A stretch of DNA of 64,000 nucleotides from Mobula hypostoma (Eukaryota), in contig NC_086108.1 of the NCBI RefSeq assembly GCF_963921235.1, positions 60,328,001-60,392,000 on the forward strand, read 5' to 3'. Under the pieces are notes generated by a model. That model had not been told where the DNA came from. It was given only the letters and a program-made list of their open reading frames with translations, and did not search any database. A program made the position numbers and the translations under genes. Positions 11,029 through 23,976 of the stretch are shown here, in pieces; position 1 is the stretch's first letter; each line of letters begins with the position of its first letter.

Positions 11029-12170
11029 CAAGGGGACCGTTTTGTCACTTGCTATCCTTTTATGCTCAATATATTTGCATAAGCCCTTGGGATTCATTTT
11101 CACTTCGTCTGCTAGAGCAACATCATGACTTCTTTTAACACTCCTGATTTCTCTTTTAAGTGTTCTGTTGCATTTCTAATACTCCTCAAGTACCTCATTA
11201 TTCCTTGCTGCCCATTCCTGCTATATACCTCCTTAATAAGGTCTCAATAGCTCTCGAAAACTAAAGTTCTGTAAACCTGTTGACTTGCCTTCTATTCTGC
11301 TAGGAGCATACAAACACTGTACACTGAAATTTTGCTTTTGAATGTCTCCCATTTACCAAGCGCATCTTTGTCAGAAAACAACTATGCTAATCCACACATG
11401 TTTTCTGATGCTTCAGTCATTTGGAAATTGCTCCCAAGGATGAACCAGACTTGCCTCATACCTTTCTGATAGTATCAAAACTGTCCTTTCTCCAACATAG
11501 GATATCACCCTGAGGACCATTCCTATCCTATTTCCAGGAACAGCACCAGCAAACCTTCCAAAAGAATATTAGCATCCCCACCCCCCATCCCTTCCAGTTC
11601 AGGAGAAAGAAGTCCTGGATGTATAGGTCCCACCTTCCCTGGAAGATTGCCCAATGATCGAAAAATCTAATGCTCTATTTGCTGCACCATCTCCTTAGTC
11701 TTGTATTGAAATGTATTATCTGGCCTCTAGCACGTACAATGTGTTGCAATCTGGAGAGCACAACTTTGGAAGTTCTGTCCTTTAACACAGCACCTAACAC
11801 CCTGAACTCACTTTGCAGGACCTCATCACCCTTCCTATCTATATCATTGTTACCAACATGGACCACGACCTCTGGTTGCTCACCCTTCCACTTAAGAATG
11901 CTATGGACTTAATCCAAGATGTCCCCAACCCTGGCACCCAGAGGTAAAATAACATCCAGGAATTCTGGGAATCTTGTTCACGTCCACAGAACCTCCTGTC
12001 TGTTCCCCCTAACCAATGTATTTACTATAATGAGTGCTCACTCTCCTCCCCTTCTCTTCCCTTCTGAGCCACAGAGCCAGACTCAGTGCCAGAGACCTGA
12101 CCCCTGTGGCCCGTCTCTGGTAGATCACTACCCCACCCCCACCCCGCAACAGATTCCAAACTTTGTATTG
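11029..12170 (-). mobile_element. Old CR1 LINE 5' portion including ORF1 esterase (SGNH-like) remnant
   Basis: KMNPKGLCKYI..KRI..PL linker; VHVGNNDIDRKGDEVLQSEFRVLG..VVLSRL. Confidence 0.75.
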
Positions 12171-12624
12171 AGGGGAGCAGAATGTGTTCTATCTGTAAAT
12201 AAATTGCAAAGTCCAAACACTAATTTAGAAATACTGTTAAAAACACTCAGTTCTTTTTACAGCTCTTATTGACCTTTGAAGAATAATTGACAAGTATGCA
12301 CCCCTGAACCCTATCTTTATTTATTTGAATCTCCAGTGAAAATTCTGAATAAATTTTGAGAACTGTTCTGTAATTTTATATTTACTTTCCTTAAAAGTAA
12401 TGATCACCAAATCTGGTCTTCTATAAAAATGCTTACTACAGACTTCCTGTAATAAAAGTTTAAGTGAGGGGCACCCTACAAAACTATGATTAGGCTTAAC
12501 ATATTAAATGTGTTTAAGACTTTTATTAACATTTTGAAAAAAGGCAAATATCTTTTAACTTATGGACTTCAGCTGGAAACTTTCAAGTTAGTCACTCTTT
12601 TGTTTCTTTAAAATCTCTTTGCAG

Positions 12625-12769
12625 TTTCCTCAGGATGGGATAGATTTGGACAGGACTGTGGCATGGGCAAACCAGTATCCATATGCCTACCCAATCTGGT
12701 TTGGTCCATTCACAGTATTTTTAAATATCAACCACCCTGATTATGTTAAAACTTTACTCTTAAGTACAG
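12625..12769 (+). CDS. CYP4B1: CYP4B1/4T-like exon 2 (FPQDGIDLDRTVAWANQYPYAYPIWFGPFTVFLNINHPDYVKTLLLST)
   Basis: Pyrimidine tract + ttgcag acceptor, acag|gtaag donor; 145 bp; WFGP...HPDYVK motif typical of CYP4. Confidence 0.92.
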
Positions 12770-13004
12770 GTAAGATTATGTTTTTTTGGAATGTAACTGA
12801 TAATTGCTCATTAAGTTGTGTGGACATTTTCCCAATGTTATCTGTTGCCAGGATGACTACAGCAAAGTATTTGTACACAAGATTGCATATAAGGAATTAA
12901 TTTTAATTTTGGAACTAGTATTAAAGGGACAATATCATTTCACCTGCTCATTATCAACCTCTGAAAGGAGTAAAAACAGATAGATAAAATATCCTTGGAA
13001 GTTT

Positions 13005-13330
13005 TTAATTTACTCATTCACAAGATGTGGGTATTGGTGTTAAGGCCAGCATTCATCCCTAATTAACCTGGACCTGAGTACCTAGGCTATTTCAGGATGT
13101 TGTTAAGAGTCAACAATACTTGTGGCCAAACCAGTTAAAGATGCCAGATTTGGATCCCTGAAGTACATGTGTATGAACCAGGTGGACTTTTGCACTGGTT
13201 TGGAAATTTAATGACCATCATTACTGATAATAGTTTTTTGTTCCAAATGTATTGAAGTTCTTCAATGCAAAATTACCATCTGCTGTCGTAAAATTCAAAC
13301 ACCAATTATTATGAAATGCTTGCCCGTGTA
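13005..13330 (-). mobile_element. Ancient SINE/LINE-tail remnant; related + strand copy near 46930-47100
   Basis: gatgtgggt..ggccagcatt..catccctaatt..ttaagagtcaac..cagattt..ccctgaag resembles the reverse complement of 46930-47100. Confidence 0.45.
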
Positions 13331-14102
13331 CTTAACCATTATGCTTCAACATGTGAGATTCTTTGTGTGTTAGTATAATGGTGAAGTAGATTTACCAGGC
13401 AATTTATCACGCTCACAGTACCTCAGTGAAATATTAGTTGTTTTGCTTCCTTTTGTTTCATGACTGCTTTTCAATAGAGAACTGGCTATTAATTGCTTTG
13501 TTCTTCAGAGCAGTTCAGAAGCTGACATTATTAATGGATGGCAGCACACATATTCAAATTGGAACCTTGTGGATTTATTAAGAATTACGTAAATTTTACT
13601 GTCATATGGTTTTTGATTCTTCTTTAAAGAAAACTGAAAACTACCTGCAGTGCTAGGTTTCTGCATAAAATCATATAAATATTAGGAACAATAAAATTCC
13701 TTGAGGAAAGTACTGAAGATTTCAGATTAGTAAAAGCAAGCACCCCAATAACGTGCATCTCCATGTAACCTATATACAGTAATGCAATAAAACATCTCAA
13801 GCGTACCTCATGGATCAGGATGCAGAAACTGATGTAGAGTTTTTGAATAATGCCGCAGGGCAGCAAATAGTTGAGAGACCAGAGGAGGTCAGAAACAATT
13901 TTGTAGGATGTTCTACACTGTGAGTGGAGTTTATACTACATCCTCAGAATTAAACTCTTTGAATCAATCATCTTTCTGAAATTATAGCCACTGACCACAG
14001 TTTGTATGCGACTGCTCTTCTCTGGGAATTTTATCGATGTATTATTTTAATCACTGTTCTACCTAAATTCTTAACTTCAACATGTGCTTCCAATCAGGTA
14101 TT

Positions 14103-14813
14103 AGACATAGACATAGAGATACTTTATTGATCCTGAGGGAAATTGGGTTTCGTTACAGCTGCACCAACCAAGAATAGAGCATAAATATAGCAATACAAAA
14201 CCACAAACAATCAAACAACAATATGCAAACTATGCCAGATGGAAATAAGTCCAGGACCAGCCCATTGGCTCAGGGTGTCTGACCCTCCACAGGAGGAGCT
14301 GCAAAGTTCAATGGCTACAGGCAGGAACAACCTCCTGTGGCGCCCAGTGTTGTATCTCGGTGGAATATGGCCGGAGTCCAACAGCAAAAAGTTCAACATC
14401 TGGGCTACAAACACGTTCCTTGATCATAATATGACCAGGATTGCACCGTCTGTTGTTAACCAGAACAGCAAGCCCCCCTCCTTTACGCTTACCACTCTCA
14501 GTGCTGTTCCAGTCAGCCCGAACGGTCTGGAAGCCCTCCATGGAAACGTTTTGGTTGGGTATGTCCACATGCAGCCACGTTTCAGTAAAACACATAACAT
14601 TGCTCTCCCGAAATGGTCTCTGACTCCTGGCTAGCGCCGTCAACTCGTCCATTTTATTACCCAGCGATCTCACATTGCCCATAATGAGAGAGGGAAGACA
14701 CTGCTTATAACTCCTCTTCTCCATAAGTCTCTGTTGTCTCAACCCTGTCCTCTTTCCTTGCCTTTTTGATCCCCCTCTGCATCCTCTGTGTGTTTTCCTC
14801 CAGATTTCAGCTG
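14103..14813 (-). mobile_element. Non-autonomous bipartite Rex1/Babar-derived LINE, 5'-truncated copy
   Basis: APE N-terminus (GNVRSLGNKMDEL..CFTETWL..GGGLAVLVN) fused directly to ORF2 end and 3' UTR; homologous to 62066-63018. Confidence 0.8.
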
Positions 14814-15664
14814 TAATAACGTTTTGTATTATTACAAAAAATTATATTTTAATACAGAATTTAAAATTTCTTTAATGTGGTAAACATTTCCAAGGGACTT
14901 CAAGGGAAATTGTTGAACAAAAACTTCCACTCAACCACAATTGATATGCATACAAGTGTTTTTTTGCTGATGATTGCTGCCCCCACTGTTTCCTTCAACA
15001 AATAAATTTGCCACGATATATCAGCTGTATGACATTTTGCTAAGGGAAGGTTTGTACAAGTCATCGACAGTCTGAGTGCATTTCTGTCTTGGAGTGGGCA
15101 TAATCTATTCAGTACGTATCTGGTAAGGCCAAAAGCCTCGCCCCCTTTAAAAGTAAATATGTTTGTTCATTTCAAGGACAGTGCTACAATCCAAAGTATC
15201 CAAAGTGCAATGAAAAAAAATTCTTTCTGATGCTCTGCCAAGTTAAATGGTTTTCAATCAATTGTAGAGTTGGCTCCTGGTAGGCTAATGGATATGTCCT
15301 CTCCAAGACCATTTATTACTAATAATATTCAGACATATGGTAATTCTTTGAATGCATTCACCCCTTTGTTTAACATCTTTCTCATCTTTCCTTTCACTTT
15401 ACCAAGCATAATTAGATTCTCCATATCATGGTGTGACCAAATCTTATCTCAGATGCATGATTTTCTGGTTGAGCATCATGGAATCTGATAGCTTTATTCT
15501 GCTAATAACTGAATGTTTCATTCTCCCTAATATCTCAGGGACATGAAGCTACCTTCTCTAACACCAACCTTTTACATAGGCCAGTCCTCTTCTCTATACT
15601 CTTTCAAAGAAGTATGGTTTTCACAGCCATGCAATGATAAACTGATTTCATTCCATACTACGCT

Positions 15665-16052
15665 TGAATTTGGAAGGATGAGAGGGGATCTGATTGAAAC
15701 ATATAAGATTACTGAGGGATTGGACAAGCTAGGGGCAGGAAACATGTTCCTGATATTGGGAGAGTTCCGAACCAGAGGCCACAGTTTAAGAATAAGGGGT
15801 AGACAATTTAGAACAGAGTTGAAGAAAAACTTTTTCACACAGAGGGTTGTGGTTCTGTGGAATGCTCTGCCTCAGAAGGCAGTGGATTCTTTCAAAAGAG
15901 GGTTAGATAGAGCTCTTAAGGACAGCAGAGTGAAGGGATATGGGGAGAAGGCAGGAAAAGGGTACGGATTGTGGATGATCAGCCATGATCACAGTGAATG
16001 GTGGTGCTGGCTCGAAGGACTGAATGGCCTACTGCACCTATTGTCTGTTGTC
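15665..16052 (+). mobile_element. CR1 LINE 3' fragment
   Basis: RMRGDLIETYKI..RTRGHSLRI..NFFTQRVV.LWNALP. Confidence 0.88.
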
Positions 16053-16231
16053 TACACTTAAATTTGTTGCCTTTGAAACATCTTCATTTTGTTGTTGTTC
16101 CTTATTTACAGATTGTCAAATCTTAATTAATGAAATGAGTTTAACTGTTGTGATTTCTCTGGAGGAATGAGGGTGTAGATAATGTCGCTCTGAGAAAATA
16201 CAAGGTTGCAAGCATGTTTTATATTATCTCA

Positions 16232-16662
16232 GATCAGAATCAAAATCTGGTTTAATTTGCCAGCATGTGCTGTGAAAACAGTGAACTTAGCAGCAGCAGT
16301 ACAATGCAATACATGATAATAAAAAAAGAAAAAAAGTAAATCAATTCTAGTAAGTATGAATATTTATAATATATACTGTGTATTAAATAGATTAAAAATA
16401 GTGCAAAAAACAGAAATTTTAGAAAAGTGAGGTAGTGTTCATGAGTTCAATGTCCATTTAGGAATTGGATGGCAGAGGGGAACAAGCTTTTCTTGAATCA
16501 CTGAGTGTATGCCTTCAGGCTTCTGTACCTCTTTCCTAATGGTAACAGTGAGAAGAGAGCATATGCTGGGAGATGCGGGTCCTTAATAATGGATGTCGCT
16601 TTTCTGAGGCACCGCTCCTTGAAGATGTCTTGGATACCATGGAGGTTAGTACTCTAGATGGA
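16232..16662 (-). mobile_element. Rex1/Babar-like LINE 3' end
   Basis: Homologous to the 40452-40800 3' region; tail atcagaatcaaaatc. Confidence 0.6.
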
Positions 16663-17591
16663 TCTTGTGAGAGGCGAGTGAAGAAATTGTATGGACCTTG
16701 GCAGAGATATTTAAAATACCCTTAGAGTGAGGTGCCAGAGAACTGGATGTGATGAAAGACCTTGGCGAGGATGGTTAGTGCTGGAGTATACGAGACTAGA
16801 TTTGAGACAGAGAAAAAAAACATTGGTCCAAACTAGACAAGAATCAATGTAGAGCTGAGTTCAGGTGCTCTTTAAATATAAAAATCCTACCACCGAACCA
16901 TGGCCGCCAATTGGTGGAACGAGACTGAATCTTTAAAGGGGCTGTGCCAGCTATTCCTATTCCGGAGTGTCAGAGCGTCTAAACCCAGGAAGCTGGCATG
17001 GTCAGGTGCATATCATAACAGGAACCCCTGCACTACGGCTAACTCCTGAAGGCCCTGGCTACTCGGAGAGATGATGATGGTAGTCATGGATGAGAGCCAA
17101 ATCCAAGATGTCCTTTTCAGGAACCCAGCACCATTCCTCAGGTCAAAATCCTTCCCAGTCAATGAGGAACTGCTGAACATCCTGAACAGCTCGTGAATCC
17201 AGAATTTTTTTTTAACAGTGAAGACCTATTCCCTGTCAACAAACCTGGATCGACAAATCTTGAGGAAGCCACTGGGTTTACTTTCTTGAGAACCTTGAAG
17301 GGTCCAATAATCATTGGGTGCCAATTTCCTACACTCTACCTGGAGAGACAAATCCTGAGTAGACAGCCAGACCTGTTGCCCAGGCTGCAAAACTGGTCCC
17401 TGCCTTCTCTTGTGGTTATCCTTCATTTCAGCTTTCTGGGTAGAGGCCAACAAAATATCCCTTGCCCTAGTCCATTTTATCTCAAGCCAGTGATGCCATT
17501 CCTCCAATGCCAACTTGACTGTGAGCAGCACACTATTTCTGATGTCATAGTTCACCTCTAGCTGCCTGGAGAAGAATGCACATAGGTGCAA

Positions 17592-17817
17592 GACCTTAAG
17601 ACATAGGAGCAGAATTAAGCCATTTGGCCCATCGACTCTGCTCCCCCATTCAATCATGGCTGATCCTTTATTTTCCCTCCTCAGTCCCACTCCCCAACCT
17701 TCTCCTGTAACTTTTGATGCTGTGGCCAATCAAGAAACTATCAATCTCCACCTTAAATATACACAACGACCTGCCTTCCACAGCTGCCTGTGGTAACAAA
17801 TTCCACAAATTCACCAC
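17592..17817 (-). mobile_element. CR1 3' end inserted in the Sushi-like element
   Basis: taagacataggagcagaatt..ccattcaatcatggctgat tail motif. Confidence 0.8.
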
Positions 17818-18254
17818 AGCATTTGACCAGCTTGTATGTTGCAACTACCCCCAAACATCCCTTTGCAGATGACTCCTGAGGCTCCTTAAGTAGTGGGGGT
17901 AATTCGGCAGACCCTGGAGACCCTTCCATAGGTTCACTAGGGTCTTTTGTTGAAATAGAAACCACATCAGAGTCCAACTGCTCATCTGCATCCTCAGAGG
18001 ACTGCAGTGAGGTGCTACAAATGGTCTTTGTGCTCCTGGGACGAGGCTGCAAGGGTCTGCATTCAGGAGCCTTTCCCTTGAATGAAACCTGGTGACTGGT
18101 TCCCTTAGGCTTGGCTGCTAGGGCTCCAGACTGCTTGGGAAGCTCCTAGTTCGGCCTCTTGGCTTGGTCCTCAACTAGAGACTCTCGCTCTCTCCAGTTC
18201 CAGCACACCCGCGACTGGACAGCGTCGGAACTTAGGAGGGCAAGGGGTGGACCT

Positions 18255-19067
18255 TAGGAGGACGATGGTGCTTAACGGCAACTCCTTTGCTTGCATCTTT
18301 GGAAACAGCTCTATTTCTATCTTTAATATCTCTATTTTTCCTTTTTCAGGGTTCTTTTGAAAACCCTGACCTGGAGTTGTACACTGACTTTGGTTCTTTG
18401 CGAGAATGGGACCCGCTGTCGGGGTCTCACGACTGGCTGCTATTCGATATACCAAGGACGCAGCCCAGAAGACTAACGCGCTTTCAGGGTTCGGGGATTT
18501 CATGGCTCTGGAGGCGGGTGGACTCGAGGTCGCTGCCTCCGCAGGAAACTGGTGTGTCGTGAGAGTACATGGAAGATAGAAAGCAGCGAGCTGGTGTGTG
18601 CCCAGAGACCCGAGTTCTTTCAGCACAGAGCTTGGAAAAAGCGACACAACAGACTTCTAACCTCGTAAATCAGCGAGTTGTTTTGTTATGTCTCCCCTCT
18701 CACTGTGAAATGGGGACACATCTTTTTCTCTTGTTAGAGAGAGAGCCTGTGGTATGTTGAATTACCGGGTGAATGAGTAGTAGTTGGGGTGCTGCAAGTC
18801 TGTGTCTTTATTGATGCTTTGCTGCACGATTGAGTGCCCAGTGAGGGGCACCAATGCCTTTTTTTGCTGGTGGGTGAGGGGGGATCGTTGCTTTGTTGCT
18901 GCTTGTGCGTGGGTGGGGGGAGCTGGGGGGTGCTTTGGGGTTCTAACATTTAACTGTCATTCATTCTTTCAGGCACTCTTTTCATGGATGGTTGTGAAGA
19001 AAAAGAATTTCAGGATGTATATTGTATACATTTCTCTGACATTAAATGTATCTTTGAACCTTTGAAC
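18255..19067 (+). mobile_element. ~0.8-kb non-coding retroposon (family X), copy 1
   Basis: Homologous end to end with the minus-strand copy at 49507-51020; ends in tctttgaacctttgaac. Confidence 0.8.
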
Positions 19068-20310
19068 TCATGTGGTTCTGTTGGCTGGAGCCAGCCTGTC
19101 TGCCCTTGGATGCATGACTGGGTTTCCCAAAGGCTTCAGATAACCCTGAACAAAATTCTGCCTCCTTGTCGGCTGCTGGCCTCGGGAGTTTGGGGGTCGG
19201 AACACCAAACTGAAAACATTCCCTCTTGCAATGACCTGACGATGCAATGATTCTCCCTTCCTTCCAGATTATGGAAGGGTTATGTTTGGACAGCCAAGGG
19301 TGCCCGAGGTTCAGGGGTGTGTGAGGAAAATCTACCATACGTAAACATACGTCCTCCGCATGTTTGCCTATCCTCATTTTCAAAACTGATGTCTGCTGCA
19401 GGATCTCCCCAGACCCAGGAGAACGACTGTCCAGGAAGTTGCGGGCATAAGGTGGCTCAACTCCTGCGGAGGTATGTTGAGTTGACAGGCAGTCCCCAAG
19501 TCCAGGAAACTACCAGCTGCCTGCCCAGAGTCCACAAAGGCATTCACCACTTGCTGGTTCTTTCTCCAGGAGATCTCAGCATTCAGCGACACACCAGAAT
19601 CCGTGGGGTTGTGAACAGTGGCTGCTACTGTCACAGTCCTCCTGACACTGGATGGTGTTAGCAGAGATGGCTGCAGCATCAGACATTCAACCCAGAGGTG
19701 GCCTGCCTTCCCGCAGTAATAGCAGTAACCTCGGCTCCGGCACCAGGACCTCTCATAGGTGGAGAGTTTTGTGCAGCCGACCTGCGTTGGCTTGACAGAA
19801 TCTTGTTCAGGAGACGGGCTGGTCATCGTTTGAGGTTGGGAAGTGGAACTGTGATACATTGAAGCCAGGCTTGGGGCAGCCATCTTCGACCCCCTGGGAT
19901 AGTCCAACTTTTGCTCTGCCGGGTGATAATCGAGGTGGATGGACTAATCATTCAGAGCCTTTAAGTCCTCTACCGGCTCTCCCAAGGCAAGGATGTTCTT
20001 TAATTTGCCTCTGAATCAATGGTGGTACAGTGACCGAAGCCTCCTCATTCTAGCCACACTCTTTGGCCAAAGTCGAAAACTCAATAGCGTAGTCAGCTGC
20101 TGAATACCTACCCTGATACATCTTCATCAGACAAATCCAAAGCTCTGTTAGCTCCAGCGGGATAATGGAACAGCCTATTCATGGGCTCATGAGTTCATGA
20201 ATTCTTCCGAATCAGAGCAGATCTCTGACCTCTGTTCCCAATGCGTGATGGCCCAGGCCAGGGTCTTCCCGGTCAGACGAGAAATCATGAAGGCTACCTT
20301 AAAGACTATC

Positions 20311-21082
20311 AACCCAGATGAGTGTGACGTGGTTCATTTTGGTCAGTCAAATATGATGGCAGAATGTAGTATTAATGGTAAGACTCTTGGCAGTGTGGAA
20401 GATCAGAGGGATCTTGGGGTGCGTGGCCATAGGACACTCAAAGCTGCTGCATAGGTTGACTCTGTTGTTAAGAAGGCATACGGTGCATTGGCCTTCATCA
20501 ATCGTGGGATTGAGTTCAAGAGCCGGGAGGTAATGTTGTAGCTATATAGGACCCTGTTCATACCCCACTTGGAGTACTGTGCTCAGTTCTGGTCACCTCA
20601 CTACAGGAAGGATGTGAAAACCATGGAAAGAGTGCAGAGGAGATTTACAAGGATGTTGCCTGGATTGGGGAGCATGCCTTATGAGAACAGGTTGAGTGAA
20701 CTCAGCCTTTTCTCCTTGGAGTGACAGAGGATGAGAGGTGACCTGATAGAGGTGTATAAGATGATGAGAGGCATTGATCGTGTGGATGGTCAGAGGCTTT
20801 TTCCCAGGGCTGAAATGGCTAGCATGAGAGGGCACAGGTTTAAGGTGCTTGGAAGTAGGTACAGAGGAGATGTCAGGCGTAAGGTTTTTTTATGCAGAGA
20901 GTGGTGTGTGCGTGGTGGGGACAATAGGGCCTTTTAAGAGACCCCTGGACAGGTACATGGAGCTTAGAAAAATAGAGGGCTATGGTAACCCTAGGTAATT
21001 TCTAAGGTAAGGACATGTTTGGCACAGCTTTGTGGGCCGAAGGGCTTGTATTGTGCTATAAGTTTTCTATGTTTCTGTGTTT
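20311..21082 (+). mobile_element. CR1 LINE 3' part inserted in the Sushi-like gag region
   Basis: NPDECDVVHFG..QRDLGV; RGDLIEVYKMM; ttctatgtttctgtg tail. Confidence 0.88.
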
Positions 21083-23976
21083 CCGCGCTCCATAGGGAAT
21101 TGGGATGACGGGAGTTCGAACACCAATGAACACTGAGTGAGGAACCCCCAGCAAGAACCTGGGTCACCACTGAATCTCTCTAGGGTCAGAAGATGGACTG
21201 GCTCCAAAGTGACTAACAGCCTTATCTGAGCGATTCTGGCTTCCTCCTAGTGACAGTTGGTGCACAGCAACCTGGAGGTCGTAAGTCTCCCGGCTCTGTC
21301 TTGAAATATTCTTGCTGTAGCTGACCACAGCTGACGAGAGGCTCCGATACCCTGTTGGGTCCACGTTAGGCTCAATCGTACTGTGACAAGAGACCTGTGC
21401 GAGGATGATTAGACTGGAATTGAGACACGATACAAGACTGGAAAAAAAAACAGCGTTCCAAACTACACACTAGATAAGAATCATAGTAGAGCTGACGACT
21501 GAGCACTGAACGTCAGTTCAAGTGCTCTTTAAATATTAAAATCATGGCTGCCAATTAGCAGGGCAGGCCGGTATCTTTAAAGGGGCCATGCCAGCTATCT
21601 ATATTCCAGAAAGTCAGAGCGTCTAAACTCCAGAAGCTGGCGTACTCTGGTGCATATCGTTACACCTGAGGGTAGCCACTATTGTTCTGTTGCTTAATAA
21701 AGGCTCCAGGAACAAGTTGGGAGGATGTTGGTTTGTGAGCCTGACATCAGTCATGTTTAAGCTATTGGAAGGTGTTTTAAGAGACAGGATATATAAGTAT
21801 TTGGACAGACAAGGACTGATTGGAGATAGTGAAGTGGCTTTGGGCATGGTAGGATATGTCTAAGCAATCAGAGTGGGAGAAATCAGAGAGTGGTAGAGTG
21901 GGTTCTTTCCAACTGGAGGCCTATCACTAGTGGTGTGCCAGAGGGAGGTCAGTACTGGCTCTGTTCTTGTTGTCATCTGTATTAATGATTTGGATGATAA
22001 TGTGGTAAACTGGATCTGCAAATTTGCGGATGACACCGAGGTTGGGGGAGAAGCAGACAGCGGGGATGGCTGTCAATGTTTGTGGTGTGATCTCAACCAG
22101 CTGAGAAGTAGCAGATGGAATTTAATGTTGACAAGTGTGTGGTGTTGCAATTTGAGAGGACAAACCACGGTAAGACTTGCACAGTGTATGGTAGGACACT
22201 GAGATATGAGGTTGAACAAGGGGACCTGGGAATATAGATCCACAATTCCTTGAAAGTGACATCACAGAGATCTTCTGGCTCATTGGCCTTCATAAATCAG
22301 GACACTGAGTACAGGAGTTGGGATGCTATGTTGAAGTTGTATAAGACGTTAGTGAGCCCAAGTTTGGAGTATTATGTGTAGTTCTGGTCATGTTCCTACA
22401 GGAAAGATACCAACAAGCTTGGAAGAATGCAGAGAAAACACCACCAGGTTCAGGAATAGTTCAAAGCATCATGTCAGCATGCTTAGGTTTTATTTGGATG
22501 CTTCAGGGCTGACAGCATAACAGCTTCCAGTTTGTTATTGGCTGATGTCTCTGTGTTCTCTCCACATTTGCAAATGGTGTACGGAACACTTTTACTTTAG
22601 TTGTACTGGCATTGTTTTATTAATGTGGATGGCACGTGACAGTGTACTTATTGTATCCACTGGCCTAGATGGTTTGGATATTTGCTGTGGTGATGGAGTC
22701 TCTATTAGACTTGCCTAATACATAACACTTTTCTATTTGACTTCATTGGTGACTCCTAATGATTCAGAGCACACGATGCTATCCGTGACTCATGTGATCA
22801 CACCATTGCTGAAACTTTTCAAAACCTTCTTCAGATAGCATAATTTAGCCAAGACCTACTAAAGTGATAAAAAACCAAATGCTTTTTGTCAGGTTAATGA
22901 AAGTTGTTACAATTTTTTAAAATCCCATTTCTCCTCTAGTTGGTGAGTTACAAACATCATCTCTGTGATTTGTTTTCTGAAGCACATGCACTCTCGGGTA
23001 CAGGGATGCACTAGGATAGTTCAAAAGAATTTGGCTCATAATAGCCAGGAAATGTCAATTTGCGTGGATTTTGTGTAGTTCCCTTTGTACAGGAGGGTGA
23101 TGAATATATATTTGTACTACTAGGGTTCTGTTCCTTGGGCTCATTTTGATTAGAAGAATTCATCCAGTTTCAGAACCATGTGTAAACCCTTAGCTCCACG
23201 GACCCTTGCTGGTAAACCAACCACTCCAGGTGCTTTGCCAATTGATAGTAATTCCACGTTAAAGAATTATTTTACAATTAGGCTACATAGTGGAAGTAAT
23301 TAGTAATATCACTCTGATCTCTCAAAGACACAGAAAACATTATTCTGATAGCCTGTTAAATCAGGGTAATTTGTAAAAATATAGTGATTAGGAAGATTTA
23401 AAGATCAAATAAATATAAGAGAACGTGAAATTACATTCCATCACAACCTGCTGATAGATGTTGTCCCTCTAGTTCTCCACTACTCTTAGACTGTATATCA
23501 ATGATGAAAATTGTTTGAGAGAATGTTATATTGGAGTCAACGTTGGGAGTGAAATGATCACAATGCTGCATATTCCTTTGCCTTTGATATTTGGATTTTT
23601 GCAATGCCTAATCGGAGAATCTCCTGCTTCCTTTTGTGAAGTATTGATAAACCTTGTGATCAGTTCAGATGTTCCATAGTTGCTTTTGTCTGTTGACCTT
23701 TCTGATGCCATTTTTATATCACTAGAAGAAAGCAAAGGTCTGAATAAGTATGAGTCTTTCTAAGCATCCCTTTGCTTGGATAACCAATCTAGGAAGGGTT
23801 CCGTATTAACGACTTCTGCCTAATATAGAAAAAACTGCTAAATTCAGTGTCTGAAACCATCCTGGCATTGTTGCAAAAGTGGTATTATTTTAAGTTCCCA
23901 CAAAATCATACAATTTAAAATCTGAAACAGATTAGATCCTCCCAACCTCTACAATGAAGGCTTCTCTTGGAAATAT

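Larger units (their letters stand above)
16748..21664 (-). mobile_element. Decayed Tf1/Sushi-type chromovirus (Gypsy) LTR retrotransposon with nested insertions
   Basis: LTRs 16748-17020 and 21382-21664 (tgtga..taaca/gttaca); CYYCGKAGHLWVEC knuckle; AFVDSG protease; [25 protein letters not shown] integrase tail; chromodomain FLIDWEGF*PEEWCWVP. Confidence 0.85.
16665..22440 (+). mobile_element. Old CR1 LINE split by the Sushi-like element (16665-16747 and 21665-22440)
   Basis: gaggtgccagagaactgga|...|gggtagccactattgttctg joins the EVPEDWRVA motif; downstream INDLDD..CKFADDT. Confidence 0.75.

Noticed and set aside
1..12624. CYP4 exon 1 or promoter
   Set aside because: No membrane-anchor plus PPxHWLxGH-type exon recognised; probably upstream of the window.
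12619..12900. 93-aa ORF as a stand-alone gene
   Set aside because: It is exon 2 plus intron read-through; the start is a TTG inside the splice acceptor.
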